Positions 36,007 through 49,557 of a stretch of DNA of 54,225 nucleotides are shown here, one piece after another. The notes below the pieces were generated by a model, which was not told the DNA's origin, searched no databases, and worked only from the letters and a program-made list of their open reading frames with translations. Within the stretch, counting starts at the first letter, position 1, and each line of letters starts with the position of its first letter. The stretch is from Verrucomicrobiia bacterium (GTDB lineage: Bacteria > Verrucomicrobiota > Verrucomicrobiia > Limisphaerales > UBA11358). Where the stretch lies: contig DASYAA010000053.1 in assembly GCA_036501565.1 (NCBI GenBank), positions 1 through 54,225 of the forward strand. The letters run 5' to 3'. The translations under genes and the position numbers were made by a program.

Positions 36007-36378
36007 ATGAAAATTCTTGAAATCATCGCCCGCATACTGCTCGGACTTGTGTTTACCGTTTTCGGCTCGAACGCCTTTCTGCATTTCATAAAGATGCCGC
36101 CGATGTCCGGGCCGTCCGGTGACTTCATCACTGCGATGTATAGCACGGGCTATCTCTATGTCGTCGGATTTTGCCAGGTCGCCGGTGGATTGATTCTGCT
36201 GATTGGCCGTTACATTCCGCTCGGCCTCACGCTGCTCGGCCCGGTGATTGTGAACATCCTCTGCTTCCACATTTTCATGAATCATCAAGGCTGGCAACTC
36301 GCATCAATCGTCGCCGCGCTCGCGCTGTTCCTGCTCTGGCGTCACCGCGCGAATTTTGCGGGACTGTTGAAGCCGTGA
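36007..36378 (+). CDS. DoxX-family membrane protein
   Basis: 123 aa with four predicted TM helices and a 'RILLGLVFTVFG' type N-terminus. Confidence 0.6.
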   Translation: MKILEIIARILLGLVFTVFGSNAFLHFIKMPPMSGPSGDFITAMYSTGYLYVVGFCQVAGGLILLIGRYIPLGLTLLGPVIVNILCFHIFMNHQGWQLASIVAALALFLLWRHRANFAGLLKP

Positions 36379-36383
36379 CAAAA

Positions 36384-36950
36384 ATGTTTTACATCCCTCT
36401 CATTTGTGGCAGCACGCGCCGCGACCGTCAAAGCATCAAAGTCGCGCGCTTCGTTCTGAAAAAATTGCAAGAGCGCAAAGGCATCGAAACGGAATTACTC
36501 GATTTGCTCGAATATAATTTTCCAATCATGGAAGAACGGTTGCATCGTCGCGACGATGCGCCGCCACGCTTGAAAGAATTCGGCGAGAAAATCGGGCGCG
36601 CCGATTCGTTCATCATCGTCACACCGGAATATAACAACGGCTATCCGGGCGTTTTGAAAAACGCGCTGGATTATCTGCTGCCCGAATACGAGCGCAAACC
36701 CGTCGGCATCGTGACCGTTTCCGCCGGCGGATTTGGCGGCATCAATTGTCTCGCGCAATTGCGATTGGTGATGATTGGCGCGGGCGCTGTTCCGATTCCA
36801 GAAAATTTTTCCGTCTCGCGTGTGCATGACAGCTTCAAGGACGACGGCACGCCGAACGATGCGTCTCACGAAAAACGCGCCGCCGGATTTCTCGACGAAA
36901 TGCTTTGGTTCACCGAAGCCATTGCCGATAAGAAGGCCAAAGGAAAATAA
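36384..36950 (+). CDS. NAD(P)H-dependent FMN reductase family protein
   Basis: 'ICGSTRRDRQS' and 'FIIVTPEYNNGYPGVLKNALD' motifs. ATG at 36384 (the track ORF starts inside the doxX-like gene). Confidence 0.85.
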   Translation: MFYIPLICGSTRRDRQSIKVARFVLKKLQERKGIETELLDLLEYNFPIMEERLHRRDDAPPRLKEFGEKIGRADSFIIVTPEYNNGYPGVLKNALDYLLPEYERKPVGIVTVSAGGFGGINCLAQLRLVMIGAGAVPIPENFSVSRVHDSFKDDGTPNDASHEKRAAGFLDEMLWFTEAIADKKAKGK

Positions 36951-36972
36951 TTTCTGGCGGGCTCTGCAAAAT

Positions 36973-37545
36973 TTAGACCCTTAACGAGCCGCGGAATCCC
37001 CTGCCGGCATAATAAGACTGCGCACCGTTGTGACCCACGAAGACGCGGCCGTAGCGGCGGTCACAATAGAGCGCGCCGCCGAGTTTTCTGATGTCAGCCG
37101 GTGTTGCAATCCAGCTCGACGTCTTCGTATCGAACTCACCCAGCTTTTGCAGTTCAAAATATTCTTCTTCTGTCAACAGCTCGACGCCCATTTCCATCGC
37201 CATATCCATGACGCAGTTTTTGGGTTTATGTTCCTTCCGCGAATCCAACGCCGCGCGGTCGTAGCAAAAACTGACGCGGCCCTTGGGACTTTGCGCGGAA
37301 CAATCAAAGAAAATGAATTCGCCCGATTTTTTATCCTGACCCACGACATCCGGTTCACCGCCAGTGCGCTCCATTTCATTGAGTGACCATAGTTTTTTTG
37401 CATCAGCTTCCAGCTTGGCCTGGACTTTAGCCCATTCAAGACCTTTATGGCGGTTCAGGTTTTTCTCAAAACGGGCTTTCAACGCGCTGAACAGTTCTTC
37501 CCGTTGCTTTGGGGACAACTCCTTTTTATTGCTTTCATGTTTCAT
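36973..37545 (-). CDS. DUF4256 family protein
   Basis: 'RFEKNLNRHKGLEWAKVQAKLEA...WSLNEMERTGGEPDVVG' matches my recollection of DUF4256. ATG at 37545 avoids overlap with the upstream gene. Confidence 0.6.
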   Translation of the reverse strand: MKHESNKKELSPKQREELFSALKARFEKNLNRHKGLEWAKVQAKLEADAKKLWSLNEMERTGGEPDVVGQDKKSGEFIFFDCSAQSPKGRVSFCYDRAALDSRKEHKPKNCVMDMAMEMGVELLTEEEYFELQKLGEFDTKTSSWIATPADIRKLGGALYCDRRYGRVFVGHNGAQSYYAGRGFRGSLRV

Positions 37546-37555
37546 GGAATTGTTG

Positions 37556-38380
37556 TTATTTAATTTCGAACTCCATTTGATGTTGATAAGGCGGAGCGAA
37601 GACACCGACTATTACCCAAGGGTTCGGAGCAAAGCCGTGAAACTGTTGGGTCGTGCCGAGAAAAAAATGCAAATCGCGTTTTCCAAATTCATCGAGATAT
37701 TTCGCCTTCACTTTTTCCAGCGCAACCGATTCATCACCGTGACGACGTAGACAATTCCAATAAAGTTGGCCGCACTCCCAATCCAAAACTTGCATTGTGC
37801 TTTTTCGCCCATCCACATCTTCAATCTGATACGAAAAGGCATAAGGCAATTTCGGGATGAGTTTGAATGTCTCACGCCAAGCGTCTTCGGCGAACATCTG
37901 CGTCTGCTTCGTCTGCTCTCGCATCTGCGCCACTTTGTTCGGCTTCCAATCCCGCTCATCATCTTCCCAAATGAAGCCACGGATTTTCGCCGGCTTAAAC
38001 ACCGCGAGCGATAGCTTGTTTTCCTTCGCCCCTGTCAACAATGGTTCAAGCCGGTCATAAACTTTCGCCTTGGTCAACAATAGCTCCCGTCGCTCCCGCC
38101 AATTATCTCCCGTGCCGATATGGCCGACAGGAAGCATCTTTACGAGGTCAGCCGGATGATGAGTTTCTGGACGCGGATCGGAGCGGCCACGGATGAAGTC
38201 CGTTTCAATCCAGTCAAACTTTTTATATTGCTCCTCTTCTTCCAGTCGACGGAATGGCACGGGATAGATTCGCATCCATGACCCGTCGGCACGCACTCCG
38301 GCGGTGCAAACCGTCTCCCCATATTTTTTCGACAACGTCGGGTAGGTTTTGACAGTGATGAGGACGCGCTCCTTGGCCAT
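37556..38380 (-). CDS. Hypothetical protein (274 aa), no domain recognised
   Basis: ATG at 38380, 10 nt after the upstream stop. Conserved-looking N-terminus 'VLITVKTYPTLSKKYGETVCTAGV'. Sequence is non-repetitive and protein-like. Confidence 0.6.
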   Translation of the reverse strand: MAKERVLITVKTYPTLSKKYGETVCTAGVRADGSWMRIYPVPFRRLEEEEQYKKFDWIETDFIRGRSDPRPETHHPADLVKMLPVGHIGTGDNWRERRELLLTKAKVYDRLEPLLTGAKENKLSLAVFKPAKIRGFIWEDDERDWKPNKVAQMREQTKQTQMFAEDAWRETFKLIPKLPYAFSYQIEDVDGRKSTMQVLDWECGQLYWNCLRRHGDESVALEKVKAKYLDEFGKRDLHFFLGTTQQFHGFAPNPWVIVGVFAPPYQHQMEFEIK

Positions 38381-38390
38381 AAACTTTTCC

Positions 38391-39341
38391 CTACAAGTGG
38401 CGGACCTCCAGTCGAGTGCCCTTCATGCGTTCCATTGCTTCGGCTACACAATGCCGATGGCATTGGCAGGCTTGCGCCTCGAAACAAGTCAGCGCTACAC
38501 GCCCACCTTCTTCAATCCAGCTTCGAATTTTTTTTAGTGCTACACCTTGCTTTGGTAAATCGTTTCGCTCGTAACCCGCAAATAAATTGTCATAATCTGC
38601 CTGCGTTTTAAGATCACGGCGTTCTTCAGAATCAATGCCTAGCTCCGGCAAATGTTCGTAGCGGATACCAACGCCTTCACACGCTTTGCTCAACGTGCTT
38701 TTGGAAAAACCATACTTCCGACTTAATGGATTTCGACGAACATCGCACAACACGGTCACGGAATTTTTCAGTAACAAATTGAGATAGGCTTCCAAACTCC
38801 GGCCTTCGTATCCAATCGTCACCAAACCCGGCTTTGCTTTTGCCGGACGCGCATCGGCAACCCGATTGCGCGATTCCGAATCTGTCAAGACGCTGGCAAG
38901 AATTTCACTTCGCGTGGCGTAGTAAGGATACTTCCGATATTGCGCCGCAATCAGCGCGTTACCTCGCAACGCTTTATTGCGACGACAAAATCCAGCCACT
39001 ACCAATGGCAGCACTGCATCTTTTCGTGCGGTCTTACGGCCAACTTCGGTAAGCTCCCAATGTTGGTCGTCTTGCACCAACAAGCCCGCTTCCATCATCC
39101 GTCGCTTGTCCGCATATGACGTGAAGGAAAATCCGCCAAACTTGTAGGGCACAAATTCGTAACTCGGCTGCTGTTCACATTCTTGCGTATAAAGAAACAA
39201 CAGCTTTTGGAAATCCAAGTTGCTCACCGGGCCGCGCAGGGCGTCCAGCAAAGTCAATAACAGGCGTTGGCGTTCAAATAATGTCACTGGATTGAAGTTA
39301 CCCAATTTTAGGCTGATGGAAAACAAAAAGGCGAACGGCAT
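38391..39341 (-). CDS. Fusion protein: N-terminal wHTH-like (YwgA/DUF4065-like) region + C-terminal DUF488
   Basis: The C-terminal half ('TIGYEGRSLEAYLNLL...VLCDVRR...ALTCFEAQACQCHRHCVAEA') fits the DUF488 pattern. The N-terminal 'FQKLLFLYTQE...YEFVPYKFGGFSFTSYAD' is wHTH-like. ATG at 39341 is preceded by AAAGGTGA (the track GTG is at 39350). Confidence 0.6.
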   Translation of the reverse strand: MPFAFLFSISLKLGNFNPVTLFERQRLLLTLLDALRGPVSNLDFQKLLFLYTQECEQQPSYEFVPYKFGGFSFTSYADKRRMMEAGLLVQDDQHWELTEVGRKTARKDAVLPLVVAGFCRRNKALRGNALIAAQYRKYPYYATRSEILASVLTDSESRNRVADARPAKAKPGLVTIGYEGRSLEAYLNLLLKNSVTVLCDVRRNPLSRKYGFSKSTLSKACEGVGIRYEHLPELGIDSEERRDLKTQADYDNLFAGYERNDLPKQGVALKKIRSWIEEGGRVALTCFEAQACQCHRHCVAEAMERMKGTRLEVRHL

Positions 39342-39377
39342 CCCGTTCACCTTTTAAGATTTTTTACCTCTGTTGAA

Positions 39378-41351
<1,974 letters not shown>

Positions 41352-41361
41352 TTAGCACGAA

Positions 41362-41468
41362 GAGCCGGAGAGAATTTCCTGCGCCGGCATTATCCGGTTC
41401 AAGTTCACGGGTCATTTGCGCTTTCACGCAAAACTCTCAGCGTCACCAAACGGTGATTTGGCTCCCCG
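41362..41468 (-). promoter_or_regulatory. TPP (THI-box) riboswitch
   Basis: The minus strand reads GGGGAGCC...GCUGAGAG...ACCCGUGAACUUGAACCGGAUAAUGCCGGCGCAGGAA. This includes the conserved CUGAGA and ACCC..UGA..GGAUAAUGCC..GCG blocks, directly upstream of thiC. Confidence 0.9.
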
Positions 41469-41476
41469 ATGCCTGA

Positions 41477-41505
41477 AGGCTAGGACGAATGCATAACGGC
41501 GTCAA
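41477..41505 (-). promoter_or_regulatory. Sigma-70-like promoter for the thiC leader
   Basis: Minus strand TTGACG (41505-41500), 17-nt spacer, TAGCCT (41482-41477). It sits about 7-10 nt before the riboswitch P1. Confidence 0.5.
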
Positions 41506-41544
41506 GTCTCGCAGGTCTGACAGAATCGGAGCAGCAAAGCTTTC

Positions 41545-41584
41545 AAAAAAAACAAAAGGTGAATGAATTTCTCCATTCACCTTT
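41545..41584 (-). terminator. Rho-independent terminator after ahcY
   Basis: Minus strand AAAGGTGAATG-GAGAAATT-CATTCACCTTT (perfect 11-bp stem) followed by TGTTTTTTTT. Located 22 nt after the ahcY stop. Confidence 0.88.
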
Positions 41585-41605
41585 CGTGTCGAGATTTGAA
41601 TTCGT

Positions 41606-43114
41606 TCAGTAGCGGTAGTGTTCCGGCTTGTAAGGACCTTCAACCGGCACGCCAAGATAATCGGCTTGCGCTTTGGTCAGTTTGGTCAGCTTGACGCCGA
41701 TTTTTTCGAGGTGCAGGCGCGCGACTTCTTCGTCCAATTTTTTCGGCAAACGATAAACGCCAATTTTATTCGTGTCGCGATTTTTCCAAAGGTCAAGTTG
41801 CGCGAGCGTTTGGTTCGTGAATGAATTCGACATGACAAAACTCGGATGGCCGGTGGCGCAACCGAGATTTACCAAACGTCCTTCGGCGAGCATGTAAATG
41901 CTGTTGCCATCGGGCAATGTATATTTGTCCACCTGCGGCTTGATGGTGAGCTTTTTCACGCCTTTCGCGTTGTTCAAACGGTCCACTTGAATTTCATTAT
42001 CAAAGTGGCCGATGTTGCAAACGATGGCCTGATCTTTCATTTTCAAAATGTGTTCGAGCGTGATGACGTCGCGATTGCCGGTCGTCGTGACGTAAAGATC
42101 GGCGGTGCCAAGCGTGTCTTCGATGGTTGTGACTTCAAAACCTTCCATCGCGGCTTGAAGCGCGTTGATGGGATCAATCTCGGTGACGATGACGCGCGCG
42201 CCGAATCCGCGCAACGAATGCGCCGAGCCTTTGCCCACGTCGCCGTAACCGCAAACGCACGCGACTTTGCCGGCGACCATCACGTCGGTCGCGCGCTTGA
42301 TGCCGTCAGCTAGCGATTCTCTACAACCGTAGAGATTGTCGAACTTCGATTTCGTGACCGAGTCGTTGACGTTGATGGCGGGAACCAAAAGTTTTCCCTG
42401 CTCCAACATTTGATACAAACGATGAACGCCGGTCGTGGTTTCTTCGGAAACACCTTTCCAATCTTTGACGACTTCGTGCCAAAAACCGGGACATTCTTTG
42501 GCGACGCGTTTCAAAAGATTTTTGATGACGGCAACTTCGTGATTGTCGCTCGGCGTGTTGACCCAATCGCTGCCGTTTTCGAGTTCGTAACCTTTGTGAA
42601 TCAAAAGCGTCGCGTCGCCGCCGTCGTCCACGATGAGTTGCGGACCTTTGTTGCCCGGATGTGTGAGGGCGCGCAAAGTCAGATCCCAATATTCTTCAAG
42701 CGTTTCGCCTTTGTGCGCAAAAACCGGAATGCCAGCGGCGGCAATCGCGGCGGCGGCGTGGTCTTGCGTCGAAAAAATATTGCAGCTCGCCCAGCGCACA
42801 GACGCGCCAAGTTCAACCAGCGTTTCGATAAGAATCGCCGTCTCAATGGTCATGTGCAGCGAGCCGGTGATGCGCACGCCTTTGAGCGGCTTGGTCGCGC
42901 CGTATTTTTTGCGAATGGACATTAGGCCGGGCATTTCGTGCTCGGAAACTTGAATTGTTTTGCGTCCCCATTCCGCGAGTGACAAATCGCACACGGCAAA
43001 ATCAGGTTTTGATTTTCCATGACCATTTGATTTGGCGCTGCCGTTTTTTGGCAACGGAATTGCGCCGGTCGGTTTCGCGCGGCGTGAAGGAGATAATTTT
43101 ATTTTTGGCGGCAT
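41606..43114 (-). CDS. ahcY: Adenosylhomocysteinase
   Basis: 502 aa. '[10 protein letters not shown]', NAD site '[10 protein letters not shown]', and '[13 protein letters not shown]'. Carries a roughly 35-40 aa basic N-terminal extension. Confidence 0.94.
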   Translation of the reverse strand: MPPKIKLSPSRRAKPTGAIPLPKNGSAKSNGHGKSKPDFAVCDLSLAEWGRKTIQVSEHEMPGLMSIRKKYGATKPLKGVRITGSLHMTIETAILIETLVELGASVRWASCNIFSTQDHAAAAIAAAGIPVFAHKGETLEEYWDLTLRALTHPGNKGPQLIVDDGGDATLLIHKGYELENGSDWVNTPSDNHEVAVIKNLLKRVAKECPGFWHEVVKDWKGVSEETTTGVHRLYQMLEQGKLLVPAINVNDSVTKSKFDNLYGCRESLADGIKRATDVMVAGKVACVCGYGDVGKGSAHSLRGFGARVIVTEIDPINALQAAMEGFEVTTIEDTLGTADLYVTTTGNRDVITLEHILKMKDQAIVCNIGHFDNEIQVDRLNNAKGVKKLTIKPQVDKYTLPDGNSIYMLAEGRLVNLGCATGHPSFVMSNSFTNQTLAQLDLWKNRDTNKIGVYRLPKKLDEEVARLHLEKIGVKLTKLTKAQADYLGVPVEGPYKPEHYRY

Positions 43115-43132
43115 AAAAATTTTTGTTAAGAG

Positions 43133-44317
43133 TTAATTTAAGTTCAAAGCGCGTTTCAATTCCTTGACCTTATCCGTTTTTTCCCAAGTGATCTCCGGGT
43201 CGTTCTTGCCGAAGTGTCCATAGTTGGTCGTCTTGCAATAAATCGGACGAAGTAAGTTCAATTGCTTGATGATGTTTGCCGGTTTGAAACTAAAAACTTC
43301 CTGAACGGCCTTTTCAATTTCTGAATCGGTAATTCCGTCAATCGCGGTGCCGAAAGTATTGATGCAAACGCTCACGGGTTCAGGATGGCCAATCGCGTAA
43401 GCAAATTGAATTTCCGCGCTGCTCGCGATTCCCGCCGCGACGATATTTTTCGCGACCCAACGTCCCATGTAAGCCGCGCTGCGATCCACTTTGCTCGGGT
43501 CTTTTCCCGAAAACGCGCCGCCGCCGTGACGTCCCATGCCGCCGTAAGTATCCACGATGATTTTTCGGCCGGTCAAACCCGTGTCGCCTTGCGGCCCGCC
43601 AACGACGAAACGCCCGGTCGGATTAATCAAAAATTGCGTCTGCTTCGTGAGCAAATTTTTCGGCAAAGTTTTTTTAATAATTTCCTCAATGCAAAATCCC
43701 TTGATGGTCTTGTGCTTCGCGTCGTGCGCGTGTTGTGTGGAGATGACGACGTTCGTGATTTCCACCGGCTGATCATTTTGATAGCGCACCGACACTTGCG
43801 ATTTCGCGTCCGGTCGCAGCCATCTTACTTTTCCGGTTTTGCGAATGCGCGTGAGTTCGCGTCCGAGTCGGTGCGCGAACATGATCGGCGCGGGCATCAG
43901 TTCGGGAGTTTCGTTGCAGGCGTAGCCAAACATCAAACCTTGATCGCCCGCGCCTTGCTCGGCATGAGCTTTGCCTTCCGCTTTGCGCGCGTCCACGCCT
44001 TGCGCGATGTCCGGCGATTGCGAAGTCACGGCGTTCAAAATCAAAACTTTGTCCGCGTGAAAAACATCGTCGTCGTGCGTGTAACCGATTTCGCGAATCG
44101 CCTCGCGCGCAATCGCGTTAAAATCCAGTTTTGCTTTCGTCGTAATTTCGCCGCCGACGACAACGAGATTTGATTTGGCGTAAGTTTCGCAGGCGACGCG
44201 GCTGTGTTTGTCCTGCGCGAGGCACGCGTCCAGAACATAATCGGAAATTGTGTCGCACACTTTGTCCGGATGGCCTTCACCGACGGACTCGGAGGAAAAG
44301 ATAAAATTTTTGCTCAT
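43133..44317 (-). CDS. metK: S-adenosylmethionine synthase
   Basis: 394 aa. 'GEGHPDK', '[12 protein letters not shown]', and '[16 protein letters not shown]'. Confidence 0.96.
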   Translation of the reverse strand: MSKNFIFSSESVGEGHPDKVCDTISDYVLDACLAQDKHSRVACETYAKSNLVVVGGEITTKAKLDFNAIAREAIREIGYTHDDDVFHADKVLILNAVTSQSPDIAQGVDARKAEGKAHAEQGAGDQGLMFGYACNETPELMPAPIMFAHRLGRELTRIRKTGKVRWLRPDAKSQVSVRYQNDQPVEITNVVISTQHAHDAKHKTIKGFCIEEIIKKTLPKNLLTKQTQFLINPTGRFVVGGPQGDTGLTGRKIIVDTYGGMGRHGGGAFSGKDPSKVDRSAAYMGRWVAKNIVAAGIASSAEIQFAYAIGHPEPVSVCINTFGTAIDGITDSEIEKAVQEVFSFKPANIIKQLNLLRPIYCKTTNYGHFGKNDPEITWEKTDKVKELKRALNLN

Positions 44318-44331
44318 GTAATTTTAACGTA

Positions 44332-44377
44332 TTGACGTATCAAGATTTGATGATATAACATTTTCATAACGCGTCAA
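44332..44377. promoter_or_regulatory. Overlapping divergent sigma-70-like promoters (sahR-like rightward, metK leftward) with a central palindrome
   Basis: Plus strand: TTGACG (44332-37), 16 nt, TATAAC (44354-59). Minus strand: TTGACG (44377-72), 16 nt, TATCAT (44355-50). The palindrome ATCAA-GAT-TTGAT (44339-44351) lies between or over them. Confidence 0.5.
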
Positions 44378-44412
44378 ATGATTTTTCAAAATTTTTTGAC
44401 GCAGTAAAAATT

Positions 44413-45342
44413 ATGTCCGCCACGCTGAAATCATTACGCGCTTTGTCCGACCCGACGCGACTGCGAATCGTCGCGTTGCTCGAACGCGACGAACTTTCCG
44501 TCGCCGAGCTTCAGGAAATCACCCGGCTCGGCCAGTCGCGCATTTCCACACACCTCGGCTTGTTGCAGGATTCCGAACTGGTCCAATCGCGGCGCGAAGG
44601 CAAGCGCACATTTTACAAACTTAATTCCCAAACCGATTTCGTCGCCCACGAATTTATTCAACTCGCGATTCGCGGCGCAAAAGAATTGCCGGAACATTCG
44701 CACGACCAAATCAATTTGAAACGCGTCGTCGCCCGCCGCAAAGAACAGGCGCAGGTTTATTTCAACCAGATCGCCGGACGCTTTGACCGTGTTTATGGGC
44801 CGGGCCGTTCGTGGCAGGCGTTCGGACATTTACTGTTGAGAATTTTGCCGCCGCTTATCGTCGCCGATTTGGGCGCGGGCGAAGGTTTGCTGAGTGAACT
44901 GCTCGCGCGCCGCGCGAAAAAAGTCATCGCCGTGGACAACTCGGAAAAAATCGTCGCGTTCGGCGCGGCCAAGGCGAAGAAAAACGGCCTGAAAAATCTG
45001 GAGTTCCGCCTCGGCAATCTGCAAAACCCGCCGATTGACGCGAACAGCGTTGACCTCGTGATCTTGAGCCAGGCGTTGCATCACGCCGAGGTTCCGGCGG
45101 ACGCGATTGCCGCCGCGCACAAAATTCTCAAACCGCGCGGACAAATTTTGCTGCTCGATTTGTTAAAACACAATTTTGAAAAAGCGCGCGAACTTTACGG
45201 CGACCGCTGGCTCGGTTTCGCCGAAAGCGATTTGCATCGCTGGCTCGAAGCCGCCGGTTTCAAGAAAATCGAAATCAGCATCGTCGCCGCCGAGGAACAG
45301 CCGCCGCATTTTCAAACCATTTTGGCGGGTGGGGAAAAATAA
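44413..45342 (+). CDS. sahR: ArsR-type HTH + SAM-dependent methyltransferase-like domain regulator (SahR-like)
   Basis: HTH 'LRIVALLERDELSVAELQEITRLGQSRISTHLGLL', then MTase motif I 'VADLGAGEGLLS'. Divergent from metK-ahcY, the arrangement described for SahR. Confidence 0.7.
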   Translation: MSATLKSLRALSDPTRLRIVALLERDELSVAELQEITRLGQSRISTHLGLLQDSELVQSRREGKRTFYKLNSQTDFVAHEFIQLAIRGAKELPEHSHDQINLKRVVARRKEQAQVYFNQIAGRFDRVYGPGRSWQAFGHLLLRILPPLIVADLGAGEGLLSELLARRAKKVIAVDNSEKIVAFGAAKAKKNGLKNLEFRLGNLQNPPIDANSVDLVILSQALHHAEVPADAIAAAHKILKPRGQILLLDLLKHNFEKARELYGDRWLGFAESDLHRWLEAAGFKKIEISIVAAEEQPPHFQTILAGGEK

Positions 45343-45377
45343 AATTATCGCGCGAAGAACGCAAAGTCGGCGAAGAA

Positions 45378-45719
45378 TCAAAGCGGGCGGAGCGATTCGA
45401 TTGGTGGCAATGACTTGGGCGCATCACTCGCCAATCCATAAACTTCAAGTCCAGCGAGAACACCGTTTTGTTCATAAACAAAAATGCCGCTCAAGTTTTC
45501 CTCCTCTCCAAATACAAAATCTGCGAGTGGATGAAGTCCACCAGAAGGTTCTGGAAATCCTTCAACAACAAAATTGATACTGGCACATCCGCATTTGCAG
45601 CGCCACGGCGAGACTTTTGCCGTTTCAAGTTGAGACAAAAAAGTTTTTGCTTCTGGCTCACCATGCTCAAGCATCCATTGAACTAAATCTTTCTCGGCTG
45701 TTGTGAGTGGGCGATTCAT
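45378..45719 (-). CDS. Hypothetical small protein (113 aa), orphan CpG-poor gene
   Basis: ATG start. 'LTTAEKDLVQWMLEHG' helix and a 'WRCKCGCASINF' Cys cluster. AT-richer than its flanks. No confident family. Confidence 0.5.
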   Translation of the reverse strand: MNRPLTTAEKDLVQWMLEHGEPEAKTFLSQLETAKVSPWRCKCGCASINFVVEGFPEPSGGLHPLADFVFGEEENLSGIFVYEQNGVLAGLEVYGLASDAPKSLPPIESLRPL

Positions 45720-45731
45720 GGATTAAAAATT

Positions 45732-48743
<3,012 letters not shown>

Positions 48744-48798
48744 TGAACGTGAGATTTTGCGGGAAAATGAGGGCGCGGGCAATTGCGGAATGAAATCG

Positions 48799-49557
48799 TC
48801 AGCGATTCGCAGGCTGGCGTTGCCACACCAGCCGCAGACCTTCGAGTGTCAAAGCCGGCTCAACCGACGAAATTTCCGGCAGCTTCGACGCGATCAACTT
48901 CGCGTAACCACCCGTCGCAATCACCGGCAGATTTTTCGTTTTCAATTCGCGTTTCAATTCCACAATCAGCCCGCGAACCAAACCGCGATAACCATGAACC
49001 GCGCCAATGAGCATCGCGTGCTCGGTGCTTTTGCCGACAACATTTTTGGCTTCGCGAATTTTAATTTTTGGCAGCAGTGCGGTTTTTTCGTGCAAATAAT
49101 CCGTCATCGCCGCCAGCCCCGGCGCGATGATGCCGCCGACGTAATTTCCTTTTGCATCAACAACGTCAAACGTCACCGCCGTTCCAAAATCAACGACCAC
49201 AACCGGCGCGCCGAAATGAAATTTCGCCGCGACCGCGTTGGCCAGCCGGTCAGGGCCGATGGAATTTGGTTTCGGATAATCAATGCCCACGCCGTGTAGA
49301 GTCTTTGGCGACAATTCCAGAACGGCCAATTTCCAAAGGACACGAACTGATTTGCGGACAATTGGCGTCGCGCGTGGAACGACGCTGCATAACACCGCGC
49401 CCTTGATTTTTTTTGTGCCGGTAAATTTTTTGACAAGCGCGGCGGCATTTCCCCCAAACCATTCGCGCGTGGGAATGTTCGTTTGCTTCAGAACGTGACG
49501 ATCATCGGCGAGACCGACGTGCGTATGCGTGTTGCCGATGTCGAAAAGTAAAATCAT
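48799..49557 (-). CDS. coaX: Type III pantothenate kinase
   Basis: '[13 protein letters not shown]' and '[11 protein letters not shown]'. ATGA overlap with birA. Confidence 0.92.
   Translation of the reverse strand: MILLFDIGNTHTHVGLADDRHVLKQTNIPTREWFGGNAAALVKKFTGTKKIKGAVLCSVVPRATPIVRKSVRVLWKLAVLELSPKTLHGVGIDYPKPNSIGPDRLANAVAAKFHFGAPVVVVDFGTAVTFDVVDAKGNYVGGIIAPGLAAMTDYLHEKTALLPKIKIREAKNVVGKSTEHAMLIGAVHGYRGLVRGLIVELKRELKTKNLPVIATGGYAKLIASKLPEISSVEPALTLEGLRLVWQRQPANR

Noticed and set aside
36951-36972. Bidirectional terminator between the convergent FMN reductase and DUF4256 genes
   Set aside because: There is only a weak GGGCTC/GACCC complementarity with a mismatch and no U-tracts, which is insufficient evidence.
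41443-41655. 70-aa ORF spanning the ahcY terminator, the thiC promoter and the start of the riboswitch
   Set aside because: The region is fully explained by a perfect intrinsic terminator, promoter-like hexamers and the THI-box. The ORF also overlaps the ahcY 3' end.
44318-44412. SAM or SAH riboswitch upstream of metK/ahcY
   Set aside because: The metK leader is only about 26-95 nt and very AT-rich, with none of the conserved SAM-I/SAM-II/SAH helices. ahcY is 18 nt from metK. Protein-based (SahR-like) control fits better.
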